Positions 39,040-49,538 are shown, counted from the first letter of the stretch. The stretch: DNA of 64,000 nt from an uncultured Chloroflexia bacterium (GCA_963842455.1 CAWJHE010000004.1:746-64745); one strand, 5' to 3'. A program made the numbers and translations. The notes: generated by a model from the letters alone, not told the origin.

Positions 39040-39946
39040 AAGTTCTACCTTTACCCCGCCGCAACGTTTTGGCATCCTCTTCCAGTTGCTGCTGATTGGC
39101 GTCTTTCTAGCAGCGGCTTCATTAGGGCTCTGGCAGGCCATTTATACCAGCATCGGCCCAATGCTGATCCTATACTTGTTCCCAGCCTTTTTAGCGGTGT
39201 TCTTAGTTCCTCTGTTAGCATACCGCATCTATGGACTTCGAACTGCCGTCTATTCGCTCGAGCGTGAAGGGATTCACTTGCGATGGGGGCTGCGCGTGGA
39301 AGATATCCCCATCGATCACATTTTATGGATACACAAGAAAGAAGAGCTGGAAAGCCACCTGCCCCTGCCATGGTTTCATTGGCCTGGTTCACTGCTTGGG
39401 ACACGTCGAACAGTAGGCATAGAAGAGGTAGAATTCATGGCTTCCCGTACACAAGGGTTAATCCTGATCGGTACGCAAGAACGAATCTTTGCCATTTCCC
39501 CAGCAAATCCAGATCTTTTTTTACACACCGTTTCACAAATCATGGAAATGGGTTCGCTGGCGCCAATCCCTGGTCGTTCCATCTATCCAACCAATTTGAT
39601 GAGCCGGGTATGGACATCCAGGTTAGCGCGCTGGATGCTGATCGGCTGCATTCTGTTCAGCCTGTTGCTCTTGATTTGGGTAAGCATCGCAATACCCTCG
39701 CGCAGCCAGATAATCCTCGGATTTGGCCCAGATAGCTCACCAGGAGATTTGGTACCGGCCAGTCGCCTGTTACTCCTGCCCATCTTAAGTACCAGTTTTG
39801 TTTTGATTAATTTCTTCCTGGGGCTTTTCTTATATCGCAAAGATAAAAATCAGCCATTATCTCTGCTGCTTTGGGGAAGCAGCGCCCTCTTGCCACTTAT
39901 ATTTCTGATTGGGGCTATCTTTATCACGGTGAATAGCCCAGGCTAA
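39032..39946 (+). CDS. Membrane protein with a central soluble (bacterial PH-like?) segment, function unknown
   Basis: 304 aa with 2 N-terminal and 3 or more C-terminal TM helices. It overlaps the miaB stop by 8 nt. Confidence 0.55.
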   Translation: MIESSTFTPPQRFGILFQLLLIGVFLAAASLGLWQAIYTSIGPMLILYLFPAFLAVFLVPLLAYRIYGLRTAVYSLEREGIHLRWGLRVEDIPIDHILWIHKKEELESHLPLPWFHWPGSLLGTRRTVGIEEVEFMASRTQGLILIGTQERIFAISPANPDLFLHTVSQIMEMGSLAPIPGRSIYPTNLMSRVWTSRLARWMLIGCILFSLLLLIWVSIAIPSRSQIILGFGPDSSPGDLVPASRLLLLPILSTSFVLINFFLGLFLYRKDKNQPLSLLLWGSSALLPLIFLIGAIFITVNSPG

Positions 39947-40030
39947 ATCCATTTCTCCACAGAGAAACGTCAGTTATCCACAGATTTCCAACACTTATCC
40001 ACAGGATCATCCACGTAACAGGTAGTTTCT

Positions 40031-40825
40031 ATGCCGCTCATTTCAGGTCTTTTCTTCGGAATTCTCGTTGCAGCCATTGCCTGGCGAGCAAGGTCGCTTT
40101 CCCGTAGTGGAGCAGTAGCAGCTGCTATCAGCGGTGGCTTGATCTTTGGACTGGGCGGAATCAAATGGGCGAGCTTATTGCTGGCATTCTTCATCTCCTC
40201 CAGCCTGCTTTCCAAAATCTTTTCCCGTCGCAAAGCTGGACTAAGCGAAAAATTCTCAAAAGGAAGCCAGCGAGATTGGGGGCAGGTGTTAGCGAACGGA
40301 GGACTAGGAGCTTTTTTGGCAATCCTGCACACGTTCCTCCCAAATCAAGAGTGGATTTGGTTTGCCTATGCAGGCGCCATGGCAGCGGTTAATGCCGATA
40401 CTTGGGCAACTGAGTTAGGTGTATTTAACCCAACACCCCCGCGCCTGATCACCACCGGCGAACAAGTCGAACGCGGCACATCTGGCGGCGTCAGCCTTTT
40501 GGGTAGTTTTGCCGCCCTGGCAGGTGCGGCTTTCATCGGATTTTGGGCGATAATTTGGAATTTCGATCCTATCGCCTGGAAAATTCTGGCGTCCGCTGTG
40601 CTTGGCGGGCTGGCAGGCTCCTTCTTCGACTCACTGTTAGGAGCCACCCTGCAATCTATTTACTTTTGTCCCGTGTGTTGCAAGGAGACTGAACGCCACC
40701 CCATTCACACCTGCGGAACAGTTACCCAGCCTTTAAGAGGATGGAGCTGGCTGAATAATGACCTTGTCAATTTATCCGCCTCCATTATCGGAGCGATGGT
40801 AGCTGCCGCAATTTGGTTTTTATAA
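40031..40825 (+). CDS. DUF92 (TMEM19-like) integral membrane protein
   Basis: 'FFISSSLLSKIFSRRK', 'RDWGQVLANGG' and 'NADTWATELG' resemble the DUF92 family. Confidence 0.7.
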   Translation: MPLISGLFFGILVAAIAWRARSLSRSGAVAAAISGGLIFGLGGIKWASLLLAFFISSSLLSKIFSRRKAGLSEKFSKGSQRDWGQVLANGGLGAFLAILHTFLPNQEWIWFAYAGAMAAVNADTWATELGVFNPTPPRLITTGEQVERGTSGGVSLLGSFAALAGAAFIGFWAIIWNFDPIAWKILASAVLGGLAGSFFDSLLGATLQSIYFCPVCCKETERHPIHTCGTVTQPLRGWSWLNNDLVNLSASIIGAMVAAAIWFL

Positions 40826-41554
40826 TTCCAACAACTGGGAAAGATCGCCAATCGATTTTACAACCAGGCAATCTGCATCTGGGAAGACGCCATCCGGGTC
40901 AACTAAGACTGGGATCAGAGCAGCATTTTTAGCTCCCACGATATCTGCATAATAATTATCACCGATATAAACTGTTCTATCCGGTAAAGCCCCCATGCGC
41001 TGTAAAGCCTGGTGGAAGATTTCAGGATCTGGTTTCCAGGAGTTAACCTCTCCGGCAACCAATGACAGTTCAAAATACTTTGCTAATCCAACTTCCTGCA
41101 GGTAGTCCTGGCAAGGCTGGGAGCGATTGGAAAGCAAGCCCAAACGATAATTCGCATCTTTCAAGAGCTGCAAGGTTTCGGGGACTTCTGGGGGAATATA
41201 ATCTTCAGAGTTTTGGTTTCGACTGATATACCGTTGAACTTCAGGCGCCAATGTTTGTGCACATTCAGTTGAACAATCAAACGCTAATAAACTTCGCTGC
41301 GCATAATGCACCCAAAAGGCATCATCTTGAAGATCAAATTGCTGAGAATCCTGTTCCAGCTCTGCCGATTGAGCCCAGTAATAATGCGTCCAGCGTGCAG
41401 CTCTACGCCGCTTCTCCGATCCATCCGCGACCCCCAAAGAAACGGCATAATCATAAAAGGTCTGAACAAAGGACGGCCGGTTATGCCGCAAGGTGCCATC
41501 TAAATCAAATAAAATTGTGTCAACATTTGCCAGGAATCCATTTCCACCGTACAA
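40820..41554 (-). CDS. HAD-superfamily hydrolase (subfamily IA-like)
   Basis: Motif I 'ILFDLDGTL' and motif IV 'YIGDNYYADIVGAKNAA' are present. Confidence 0.8.
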   Translation of the reverse strand: MYGGNGFLANVDTILFDLDGTLRHNRPSFVQTFYDYAVSLGVADGSEKRRRAARWTHYYWAQSAELEQDSQQFDLQDDAFWVHYAQRSLLAFDCSTECAQTLAPEVQRYISRNQNSEDYIPPEVPETLQLLKDANYRLGLLSNRSQPCQDYLQEVGLAKYFELSLVAGEVNSWKPDPEIFHQALQRMGALPDRTVYIGDNYYADIVGAKNAALIPVLVDPDGVFPDADCLVVKSIGDLSQLLEL

Positions 41555-41575
41555 GATAACCCTCCCAAAATTTTC

Positions 41576-42556
41576 TTAGCCGCCAATTTCGCTCATCACC
41601 CGGTTCAAGGGGATCAGCCCATCGGCTAAACCATGCCCCCAAGGTTTGTACCAAATACCATCCAGAATCAACTGGCGCAGCTCAACAAGTGAGGCGCCTG
41701 CCCTTAAAGGTTCCAACAAATTCAACTCGCCCTCACGCAATAAACACAGCCGCAGCCTGCCATCCGCAGTCAAACGCGCCCGGGTACATGAAGCACAAAA
41801 AGGCTCCGTAACCGTTGAGATAAAGCCGACTTCCCCTGCTGCCCCTGGCAAACGAAAAACGCGCGCCTCCCCATCCAATTGCCCATTGCCAACAGGTTCC
41901 ATTTCACCGAGTGCAGCTGTGATCCGAGAATGGACTTCCTGAGCCGTCACCACCTGTTTTTGCTGTAATTCGGTGACCCCGCCAAAAGGCATCATCTCAA
42001 TGAAGCGCACTTGCCAGGGGTTTTCCAGGCTTAATCGCGCCAGGTCCACTACATCCTCTTCGTTATACCCCCGAACAACAACCACATTAATCTTGATAGG
42101 TGTCAAACCTGCTGAATCCGCCGCTTGAATGCCAGTCCAGACATCCTCCACTTGCCCCCAACGTGTTAAGCGCTGAAACTTATCAGGATCAAGAGTGTCT
42201 AAACTGATATTCACGCGTTGTAAACCAGCTTTCGCCAAGGGATGCGCCAGCCTGGAAAGCAAGACGCCATTCGTCGTCATGGATAAGGACTGTATTCCTG
42301 GTGTGCCTGAGATGCCTTCAACCAGGTCGACGATATGAGCGCGTACCGTTGGTTCTCCGCCTGTCAGTCGAATTTTATTAAAGCCCAATTGAGCGAACAA
42401 ACGCACCAATAACAAAACCTCATCATCCTGCATAAGCTCTGCATTAGGACGAAAAGTCATGTCTTCCGGCATACAATACACACAGCGCAAGTTACAATGA
42501 TCTGTCAGGCTGATGCGTAAATAGTGAATATTTCTTCCGAAGCGATCAATTGCCAT
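41576..42556 (-). CDS. moaA: GTP 3',8-cyclase MoaA (molybdenum cofactor biosynthesis, radical SAM)
   Basis: It carries 'DRFGRNIHYLRISLTDHCNLRCVYCMP', the C-terminal cluster 'FCASCTRARLTADGRLRLCL' and a terminal 'GG'. The start is set at the internal ATG at 42556. Confidence 0.9.
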   Translation of the reverse strand: MAIDRFGRNIHYLRISLTDHCNLRCVYCMPEDMTFRPNAELMQDDEVLLLVRLFAQLGFNKIRLTGGEPTVRAHIVDLVEGISGTPGIQSLSMTTNGVLLSRLAHPLAKAGLQRVNISLDTLDPDKFQRLTRWGQVEDVWTGIQAADSAGLTPIKINVVVVRGYNEEDVVDLARLSLENPWQVRFIEMMPFGGVTELQQKQVVTAQEVHSRITAALGEMEPVGNGQLDGEARVFRLPGAAGEVGFISTVTEPFCASCTRARLTADGRLRLCLLREGELNLLEPLRAGASLVELRQLILDGIWYKPWGHGLADGLIPLNRVMSEIGG

Positions 42557-42593
42557 ATCAAAACTACCAATAAATCCGATTTTCCTCGTCCGA

Positions 42594-42623
42594 ATTATAC
42601 CTTGATTTTCATACACTTAGCAA
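42594..42623 (-). promoter_or_regulatory. Candidate sigma-70 promoter of moaA (-35 TTGCTA, 18-nt spacer, -10 TATAAT)
   Basis: The minus strand reads '..ttgctaagtgtatgaaaatcaaggtataat..', about 38 nt upstream of the ATG. Confidence 0.4.
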
Positions 42624-42688
42624 CTTGTGTACGTATGATCACGCTCATGCCAGATTGCTCGCCGCAGCATCTTGCGCGGGCTCCAGAT

Positions 42689-43171
42689 TTAGCAGATATC
42701 CACCACTTTTCCGCCGGTAATTTTGACCAGCTCGGCTGGGGTCAGGCGGAAGACTGCCCTTGGGGTGCCAGCCGCAGCCCAAATACTCTCATATTGCAGC
42801 AAATCTTTATCTACAAACGTTTCAATCGGCTCTACATGTCCTACCGGTGGCACACCGCCGATCGCAAAGCCTGTCTGCTGGCGCACAAAATCAGCATCCG
42901 CTTTTCCCAAGGGCTCCTGCAATAAAGCTTCTAATTTCCTCTCATCGACCCGGTTCTGTCCGCTGGCCACCACCAGGATTGGACGGCGAGAACGTTTGGT
43001 TTTAAACACCAGGGATTTCACAATTTGTCCCACCAGGCAGCCGATTGCCTGGGCTGCATCATGTGCAGTACGGGTCGAATCTGGCATTTCCATTACTTGC
43101 AGCTTCAAGCCAAATGCATCTAACACCTGTTGTACTTTTTGGGCGCTCGAGCTGAGTTGATTTTCCGTCAA
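42689..43171 (-). CDS. YbaK/EbsC-family aminoacyl-tRNA deacylase domain protein
   Basis: 'GQIVKSLVFKT....PILVVASGQNRVDERKL' and 'GFAIGGVPPVGH' are typical of the YbaK family. Confidence 0.8.
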   Translation of the reverse strand: MTENQLSSSAQKVQQVLDAFGLKLQVMEMPDSTRTAHDAAQAIGCLVGQIVKSLVFKTKRSRRPILVVASGQNRVDERKLEALLQEPLGKADADFVRQQTGFAIGGVPPVGHVEPIETFVDKDLLQYESIWAAAGTPRAVFRLTPAELVKITGGKVVDIC

Positions 43172-43190
43172 GCTTAGACCTCCAAAATTT

Positions 43191-44177
43191 TTAGAGCCAT
43201 CCTCGCCTTCGAAGCCAGGCTAGCATAAAAAATGGTGTTATGCAGAGTATGACAATAACCACTAAAAATACCGAGGGTTCCATCAAGCTTCGGACTGGAT
43301 TGCGTGGAAGAAAGAAATTCATCCCAAAAAAAGAAGTAATAAAAGATAAAGGCATAAAGAAGGTAGTGATCACGGTTAAGACTTTAACTACTTCATTCAT
43401 GCGGTTATTGACCATCGACAAGTAGGTCTCCAGTGTTCCAGTGATCAGATCACGCATACTCTCCATTAAATCATGCATCCTGACCAAATGATCGTATACA
43501 TCCCTGAAGTAAACCTGGGCACGGGTATCGATCACATCAAATTCTTCACGGGACAGCTTATTAAGTACTTCGCGTTGAGGAAAAATAATCCGCCGCAGCT
43601 GCAAAACCATCCGCTTTACATTATAAATTCTTTCCAGAGTGTCTGCAGATTGGCGCCCGAAAACCTGACCCTCCAGCCGGTCGATTTCATCGTCCAGCGC
43701 ATCAAAGATAGACTGGTAACTGCCTACAACATCATCAATTATCCGGTAGAGTAAATGGTCAGAACCAAATTTTAATGCACGCTCATCGGTCTGTAAGGAT
43801 GACCACAAGTGATCCAAGACTTCGATGGGTTTGTCATGATAGGTTACTATATAATTTTTCCCCACAAAAATATCCAACTCAAGAGTTGACAAATCAAGGC
43901 TCTCACTTTTTACAAGAGTAATGGCAGAAAAAACCAGATAAAGATATTTCCCCCAGTTATCTAATTTCGGCACATGTGTCTCTCTCAAGGCATCATCAAT
44001 TGCCAGTGGATGGAATCCAAAAGTTTTTTCCAATATTTCTTCATCGTCATGACCATCCTCATTATGAAAATCTACCCACAATAAACCATCCGGCTCATGG
44101 ATGGCAAAGGCGATGTCAACTAACTCCAAACCGGTTTTCAACTTCCCATCCGACGAAAAATGAAGAGCTCGAAACAT
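43191..44177 (-). CDS. corA: CorA-family magnesium/cobalt transporter
   Basis: It has 'MPLSFITSFFGMNF' (the GMN motif) followed by a final TM helix. The start at 44177 has a GGAGG Shine-Dalgarno 8 nt upstream. Confidence 0.88.
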   Translation of the reverse strand: MFRALHFSSDGKLKTGLELVDIAFAIHEPDGLLWVDFHNEDGHDDEEILEKTFGFHPLAIDDALRETHVPKLDNWGKYLYLVFSAITLVKSESLDLSTLELDIFVGKNYIVTYHDKPIEVLDHLWSSLQTDERALKFGSDHLLYRIIDDVVGSYQSIFDALDDEIDRLEGQVFGRQSADTLERIYNVKRMVLQLRRIIFPQREVLNKLSREEFDVIDTRAQVYFRDVYDHLVRMHDLMESMRDLITGTLETYLSMVNNRMNEVVKVLTVITTFFMPLSFITSFFGMNFFLPRNPVRSLMEPSVFLVVIVILCITPFFMLAWLRRRGWL

Positions 44178-44197
44178 ATTTCTACCTCCAAATAAAA

Positions 44198-46732
44198 TTA
44201 AGGGAGCATCCATGCTCTCTCAAACCAATCTTTATTTTGAACAACCCAACCTTCTACGGATTCTTCACCTTCTGGCATTAATCCAGACACCTTCCACCAG
44301 ATGGACCCATCCGCTTCGACCGGTCCATCGACTATCATCACATAATCTCCTGCTCGCAATCGGTTAAGGGTTATTGCTATTCTCGTTGGGTTAGCCCGGA
44401 TACTTAAATTGGATCCAGCTGGGGTAATCCGGTAGACATCTCCTTTGCGAAAGGCTAATACAAAAAATGGGGCGCCTCCTGGTAGTGAATCGATCATGCT
44501 CCACGCCGGTCTTTCTGGTTGCGCATGCTTAACAATCCAGCCCCATTCAATATCACTCAACCTTTCTGTCGTCGATTGATTGAATTCATAATAAGAGAAT
44601 ACCCCTCCTTGAGCAATTTGCAGCTCACCCCCGATAGGCGCAATGACATAGATCCAATCCAGCCAGCCAGTGCCAGCCTGCAAAACCTGGGAACCCGTAT
44701 CAGCCAACACAGAAATTGCCACAACAGACATATTTTCTTGGGCTGATTGGACATTCTGAGTGATCAGCTTCGTAGAAGAAATATCTACCAGACCTAATGG
44801 CGCTTGAATCAAGGTGAAATCATTGGAGTCTAAAGGAACGCCTTGGATTTCTTTAACAGCAATATCACCCAGGCGCACCAGGCGATCACCCAGGTCGCGC
44901 ATCTCCTGCATCAAATCTGCCAGGTTTAGATTGTCCTGCTCTTCAGCCAAAAAACCTACCATCTGTCTTTGCTCAAGACCATCGACAATCACATTAGCCA
45001 GGTAGGATAAGTGGTAAAAATCATCAGGCGCGGGTTCCACAAAGGCAGGCGCCGGAATAGAAACAGTTGGTCCAGCCTCAGATACCCGACCAGTGTAGAA
45101 ATTTCTTTCATCAGAACGGTGATGTGCTAAAGCCCAGCGAGCCAGGGCGCTGTTTAAGTTTCTCTGAACCCACCCAGGCCGGTTCATGAATGATGGAAAC
45201 TTATCAGGATATTCTTGCGGGAAGGGAAAAAATGCTAGATTCCAGGCGCCCCAAAAGGTGCTTTGCCTTTGTCCATCATCCTGCAATCGAAAGGCGTCTT
45301 GCAAACTGGGCAAATCTTGTGAATATGCCTCAGGCTGTGTGGGGGCGTAAGATTTCAGGATCTGTTCTGCAACTTGCCACCCTGCAACAGCCATCCAATC
45401 CAGGCCACTGGCTGTGTGCTGCGGTAATGCAGTTGCTTCCTCACGGAGAACTGGCAAGCTGGAAAGAACAAGTGTATCCGGTAAATACCTTCTGCCCAAA
45501 AAACGCCAATCTCGGCTACCGGACATATCATCTGAAAGAGATACCAGAGGCGAATACGCTCTGGGGGGCGGTAAGGTCTGTGCCAAAACCCGAAAAACCT
45601 GCCATGTGCTTTCATCAGAAAATGCCAATACAGAAATCTTGTTTCCGTAAACACGGTCTATCAATTGAGCATACCGACGGGGATCATCATCTTGCGAACG
45701 TCCATAGAAAAAGGCCATCGTTTCATCTAAATCTGCCCACAATTGCGCAGACGGCTTTCCAGCAACACTGGCGCGCTGTAATGCCAGGTTTATGATTAAC
45801 GGGGCACGCGAGGCTGGCAGACCAGGTCTATCCTCTAAGGAAAAACCTACCTGTTCAAACCAGGTTTTACCGCGAAAATATGCTTCCAGTGTATGATCAC
45901 CTTGATAAAAATAAGGCGCCTCAAAAGAGCTGAAGTCGAGCTTTACCCCAGGGAAGATGACCAATTCCTCAACCAGCGAGCTATTGAGCACTTGCCCTAC
46001 CTGTGCCAGGGAAAGCATTTCCAGGTCTGTATCCAAATCGAGCTGAACTTCAGGCTCCAGAAGACGAAGCCCTACTGAAAGATAAAGCACTGCCAGTTTT
46101 GCATCTTTTTCAAGCACGCTTCCTTGCAAACCGGGTAAATATCCCTGAATTTCATCCAAAGTAGATTGAGCTACATCAGCCAGTCGCCTGGACAGCTCCT
46201 CTCGCTCCAATGCTCGCAGCAAAGCATCGCCAGTTGTTTTCAAGGCATGGCTGGCAGCATCTGTGGTTAGATAATATGGCTGACCATGAAGAGCAGAAAC
46301 CTTATGCCGGATACTGCTAAAATCCCCTTCTTGACTTTGGATGACAACAAACCCATTTTGCGTTAGGTAACGCTGTTGAGAATTGGTCAACCCGGCAGTC
46401 ACACCTGCGTTGCTGATCCGATCCAAATCAACTGGGAATTCAGTCCAGCTTGTACTGCCAGGAACGGCTTCCCAACCCTGGACATTTGTGTCTGCAAAGG
46501 GTTGTTCTGGTAGCAGGGGAATGGGTTCGATTTCAAAAGCAGGCGAAGCCGCAGATTCAGGAAAAAGAGTCTGCGTGATGATTGGCGTCGCCTGATGAGT
46601 TTCAGAGAAAGCTGGAGAAGGTGTTTCTCCCCTGCCGGCTACTGTCGGCGTCAAAGGCGGAGGCGTAGGAATGACCTGGCATGACAAAATCAGTAGCCAT
46701 AAACAAAGTACAGGCAAAAATAACTTTTTCAT
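44198..46732 (-). CDS. Large secreted lipoprotein (DUF3160-like, tentative) with a C-terminal SH3b-like domain
   Basis: It has a signal peptide and lipobox 'LLILSC', 'GQPYYLTTDAASHAL', and the C-terminus 'GDYVMIVDGPVEADGSIWWKVSG..GWVV'. Confidence 0.7.
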   Translation of the reverse strand: MKKLFLPVLCLWLLILSCQVIPTPPPLTPTVAGRGETPSPAFSETHQATPIITQTLFPESAASPAFEIEPIPLLPEQPFADTNVQGWEAVPGSTSWTEFPVDLDRISNAGVTAGLTNSQQRYLTQNGFVVIQSQEGDFSSIRHKVSALHGQPYYLTTDAASHALKTTGDALLRALEREELSRRLADVAQSTLDEIQGYLPGLQGSVLEKDAKLAVLYLSVGLRLLEPEVQLDLDTDLEMLSLAQVGQVLNSSLVEELVIFPGVKLDFSSFEAPYFYQGDHTLEAYFRGKTWFEQVGFSLEDRPGLPASRAPLIINLALQRASVAGKPSAQLWADLDETMAFFYGRSQDDDPRRYAQLIDRVYGNKISVLAFSDESTWQVFRVLAQTLPPPRAYSPLVSLSDDMSGSRDWRFLGRRYLPDTLVLSSLPVLREEATALPQHTASGLDWMAVAGWQVAEQILKSYAPTQPEAYSQDLPSLQDAFRLQDDGQRQSTFWGAWNLAFFPFPQEYPDKFPSFMNRPGWVQRNLNSALARWALAHHRSDERNFYTGRVSEAGPTVSIPAPAFVEPAPDDFYHLSYLANVIVDGLEQRQMVGFLAEEQDNLNLADLMQEMRDLGDRLVRLGDIAVKEIQGVPLDSNDFTLIQAPLGLVDISSTKLITQNVQSAQENMSVVAISVLADTGSQVLQAGTGWLDWIYVIAPIGGELQIAQGGVFSYYEFNQSTTERLSDIEWGWIVKHAQPERPAWSMIDSLPGGAPFFVLAFRKGDVYRITPAGSNLSIRANPTRIAITLNRLRAGDYVMIVDGPVEADGSIWWKVSGLMPEGEESVEGWVVQNKDWFERAWMLP

Positions 46733-46771
46733 GGTTCTAGCTTATTTAAAAAGGCGCTCTATCTAAAGAAT

Positions 46772-48034
46772 TCAAAGATATGCGAGCCATATCCATAAAG
46801 TCGATATTAGCAGCGAAACCAGGACAGTTGGCAAGCCAATGCGAAAGAACTCCCAAAATGAAATCCGGAATCCGCTCCGTTCAGCAATGCTGGCCACAAC
46901 TAAATTAGCAGAAGCGCCGACCAGAGTCAAGTTACCGCCCAGGTCAGCTCCCAAGGCTAAAGCCCACCATAAGGGTTTAATCAGCATACTCTCACCCAGG
47001 TTTTCAACCAGTGGAATCATGGTAGCCGTATAGGGGATGTTGTCGATAATTCCCGAGAAAAAAGCTGATATCCATAACAAGCTCATCGAAGTGATCGAAA
47101 GGTCGTTGTGAGTCAGGCTAACCAATTGATCTGCGACCCGATCCACCACTCCGGTTTTTACCAGGCCTTCAACGGTTACAAAAAGACCCACAAAAAACAT
47201 CAACATAGCCCATTCCACATGTTCTAAAATTTCAGCAGGGGACCTCTTGGTCCAGATAAGCAGGATTGTGGCTCCTAATAATGCAATGGTTGCCGGTTCC
47301 AGATGAAAAAAATGGGCAAAGAAAAATCCCACTAGAACCAAACTGAGAATGATTAACGATTGAGCTAACAGTACCGGGTTGCGGATTAACCCCCTGGTTT
47401 GAATTCTTAGTACAGATTGTCTTCGATCAGGTTCCACAACCAATTTTTTACGAAAAAACACGGCGCATGCAGCCAGAAAAACGATGAGGATCATGATCGT
47501 AGGCGGCGCCATGTTAACAAAAAATTGAGAAAAATCAATATTTGCATGGCTGGCTATCATGATATTGGGAGGATCACCAATTAATGTCGCCGCCCCACCA
47601 ATATTCGATGATAATGTTTGAGTGATCAAGAATGGCACAGGGCTTAATCCCAGGTCGGTTGCCACAAATAATGTGACCGGCGCCATCAAGACCACTACCG
47701 TGACATTATCTAATAATGCCGATGAAACAGCCGTTATCGCACACAAAATCACCAGTATCCGAATTGGATCGCCTTTCCCCAGCCTGACTGCTTTGACGGC
47801 CATCCATTGAAAGACGCCTGTCTCCCCCAACAAATAGGCAATCATCATCATTCCTGTAAGCAAGAATATTACGTTCAAATCCAGGGCACGAAAAGCTTCC
47901 TCTTGCGATAAAACCCCCAGCAGAATCATCAGCATTCCACCCAGCAAGGCTGTTGGCGTTCGATGAACTCGTTCGCTGACGATAATAGCATAGGTGATCA
48001 AGAACAGGAGAACCGCCAGAACCTGGTCAGTCAT
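46772..48034 (-). CDS. ArsB/NhaD-superfamily (CitMHS-like) anion permease
   Basis: 420-aa polytopic protein. The N-terminus 'LFLITYAIIVSERVHRTPTALLGG' is typical of this family. Confidence 0.8.
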   Translation of the reverse strand: MTDQVLAVLLFLITYAIIVSERVHRTPTALLGGMLMILLGVLSQEEAFRALDLNVIFLLTGMMMIAYLLGETGVFQWMAVKAVRLGKGDPIRILVILCAITAVSSALLDNVTVVVLMAPVTLFVATDLGLSPVPFLITQTLSSNIGGAATLIGDPPNIMIASHANIDFSQFFVNMAPPTIMILIVFLAACAVFFRKKLVVEPDRRQSVLRIQTRGLIRNPVLLAQSLIILSLVLVGFFFAHFFHLEPATIALLGATILLIWTKRSPAEILEHVEWAMLMFFVGLFVTVEGLVKTGVVDRVADQLVSLTHNDLSITSMSLLWISAFFSGIIDNIPYTATMIPLVENLGESMLIKPLWWALALGADLGGNLTLVGASANLVVASIAERSGFRISFWEFFRIGLPTVLVSLLISTLWIWLAYL

Positions 48035-48909
48035 ACCTGCTCCTCATTACCACTCTTTGCCCTCCAGCAGAATGCCATCAGTTCCAACAAATTAATGTAA
48101 CCCACTACATGGTAATGATCATCGATAACAGGAACCCCGTTTAGCTTCTCGACATGCAGCACATGGAATACTTTCTCCAGACCATCCTGCATTTTCACCC
48201 ACACTGGCGGTCTCATCAAGTCTTCTGCTGTGCGCACCTTCGAACGCTGGAGGTAAGTCAAGACTTTTTCGATATCCGTCGCTTCGCTGATAAATTCTTC
48301 GGGAAACATTTCATAAAACATGGTGTCAGCCAGCGAGGCAATATCAATCAACCCAATCAGTCTTTCTTCACGGTTAACCACACATGTAACTTGCACCCGC
48401 GGCCGGGTCAGAATAGCTTCTACTACCTGGTGCAAAGGTGCATCCGCCTGCACCTGAACAGCCTCCAGGTCCATCATTTTTATAATTTGTGAGACTTGGA
48501 TTTTTTGATCTAATACTAAGGAATCGGCCTGCGGTTCAGAGGGTGTGGCAGATGTTGTCAGTGAATAGCCGCGCTTGCGTATCCCGAGCGCATGACTGAC
48601 AGGCAATGCAAACAAAATTCCACTATGAGGGCGATCGAAGCCCTCGACGATCTGGTCCGCCTCAGAGATAGCCTTTTCTAACAAAATCTCATCGCTGATA
48701 ACGCTAATCAGCGTCCGCTGGGGCACATTTTCATGCTCAAACAAGCGTCCAATGCCACCCAGTCCAATCTTTTTTAGCCAGTTCTCTGCCTGGTCGCCTC
48801 CCACGCTATTCAAAATCGTAACACCGGGCACACCAATGCGTCTCCAGGCTTCTAACAAAGCAGGAAGGCGAGACAAATCGTGCAAAATAACCACCAGCAT
48901 ATATGTCAT
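48031..48909 (-). CDS. CBS-pair protein with an N-terminal P-II-like domain (tentative)
   Basis: The N-terminus 'MLVVILHDLSRLPALLEAWRRIGVPGVTILNSVGG' is P-II-like. The C-terminal CBS pair includes '..NGVPVIDDHYHVVGYINL'. It overlaps the permease start as ATGA. Confidence 0.7.
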   Translation of the reverse strand: MTYMLVVILHDLSRLPALLEAWRRIGVPGVTILNSVGGDQAENWLKKIGLGGIGRLFEHENVPQRTLISVISDEILLEKAISEADQIVEGFDRPHSGILFALPVSHALGIRKRGYSLTTSATPSEPQADSLVLDQKIQVSQIIKMMDLEAVQVQADAPLHQVVEAILTRPRVQVTCVVNREERLIGLIDIASLADTMFYEMFPEEFISEATDIEKVLTYLQRSKVRTAEDLMRPPVWVKMQDGLEKVFHVLHVEKLNGVPVIDDHYHVVGYINLLELMAFCWRAKSGNEEQV

Positions 48910-48959
48910 GTTTTTCCTCCCAACGAATCCGGGTAAACGAAAAGACCAACTGGATGCAG

Positions 48960-49514
48960 TTATACCGATCGCGCCAGAGCCGTCATTGCCAGCACCAACA
49001 CCCCCAAAATCAGGTTCAAGCGCATAAGATTCTCTTCCTGGCGCAGGATGCGCGCTTCGTTTTCGAGAACACTACGTCCTTGTTTTGGTCGTTCATAGTC
49101 TGTATCAGACCGTTGAGCCAGGTCGAGCGCCCTCACCAAAGCCAGGCGGCGAACCTGAGGCAACAATCCCCAGGTAAGATAAGCTGAAACACCAGCCATC
49201 CCTAAAAAGAGAATGTGTTTAATTAGAATTGCACCTGCCCAAAGGTTGCCGATCGAGAAGAATCCATCATAATTCGGGTTAGCGCCCATTTGCAGCATTC
49301 CAGTACCGGCCAGGATCGCCAGGCTAAACCATGCCAAAGGATCAAAGCGCCTTTGCAGGGCGCCGAGAAAACGCGCATAACCTTCCGCTGGCAAACTTTT
49401 CCGCGCAGCAGGTAATACTAGCCAGGCTATTGCCGCCAATCCCCCAATCCATGCTACAGTAGCCAGCATATGCAACCAGTAAGCCATTGCAAGCACCCAC
49501 AGGGAGTTTAGCAT
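48960..49514 (-). CDS. Membrane protein (CopD/DUF4149-like, tentative)
   Basis: 184 aa with 4 helices, starting 'LHMLATVAWIGGLAAIAWLVLP'. Confidence 0.5.
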   Translation of the reverse strand: MLNSLWVLAMAYWLHMLATVAWIGGLAAIAWLVLPAARKSLPAEGYARFLGALQRRFDPLAWFSLAILAGTGMLQMGANPNYDGFFSIGNLWAGAILIKHILFLGMAGVSAYLTWGLLPQVRRLALVRALDLAQRSDTDYERPKQGRSVLENEARILRQEENLMRLNLILGVLVLAMTALARSV

Positions 49515-49538
49515 ACGCAGTTTTTCTCCTGGTAAGAT

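Noticed and set aside
42557-42688. Moco riboswitch upstream of moaA; likewise an FMN riboswitch upstream of ribA and leader elements upstream of thrC
   Set aside because: The moaA leader downstream of the candidate -10 box is only about 38 nt, and I see none of the conserved Moco-motif blocks. ribA has a 2-nt upstream gap and thrC a 42-nt gap, so neither has room for such elements.
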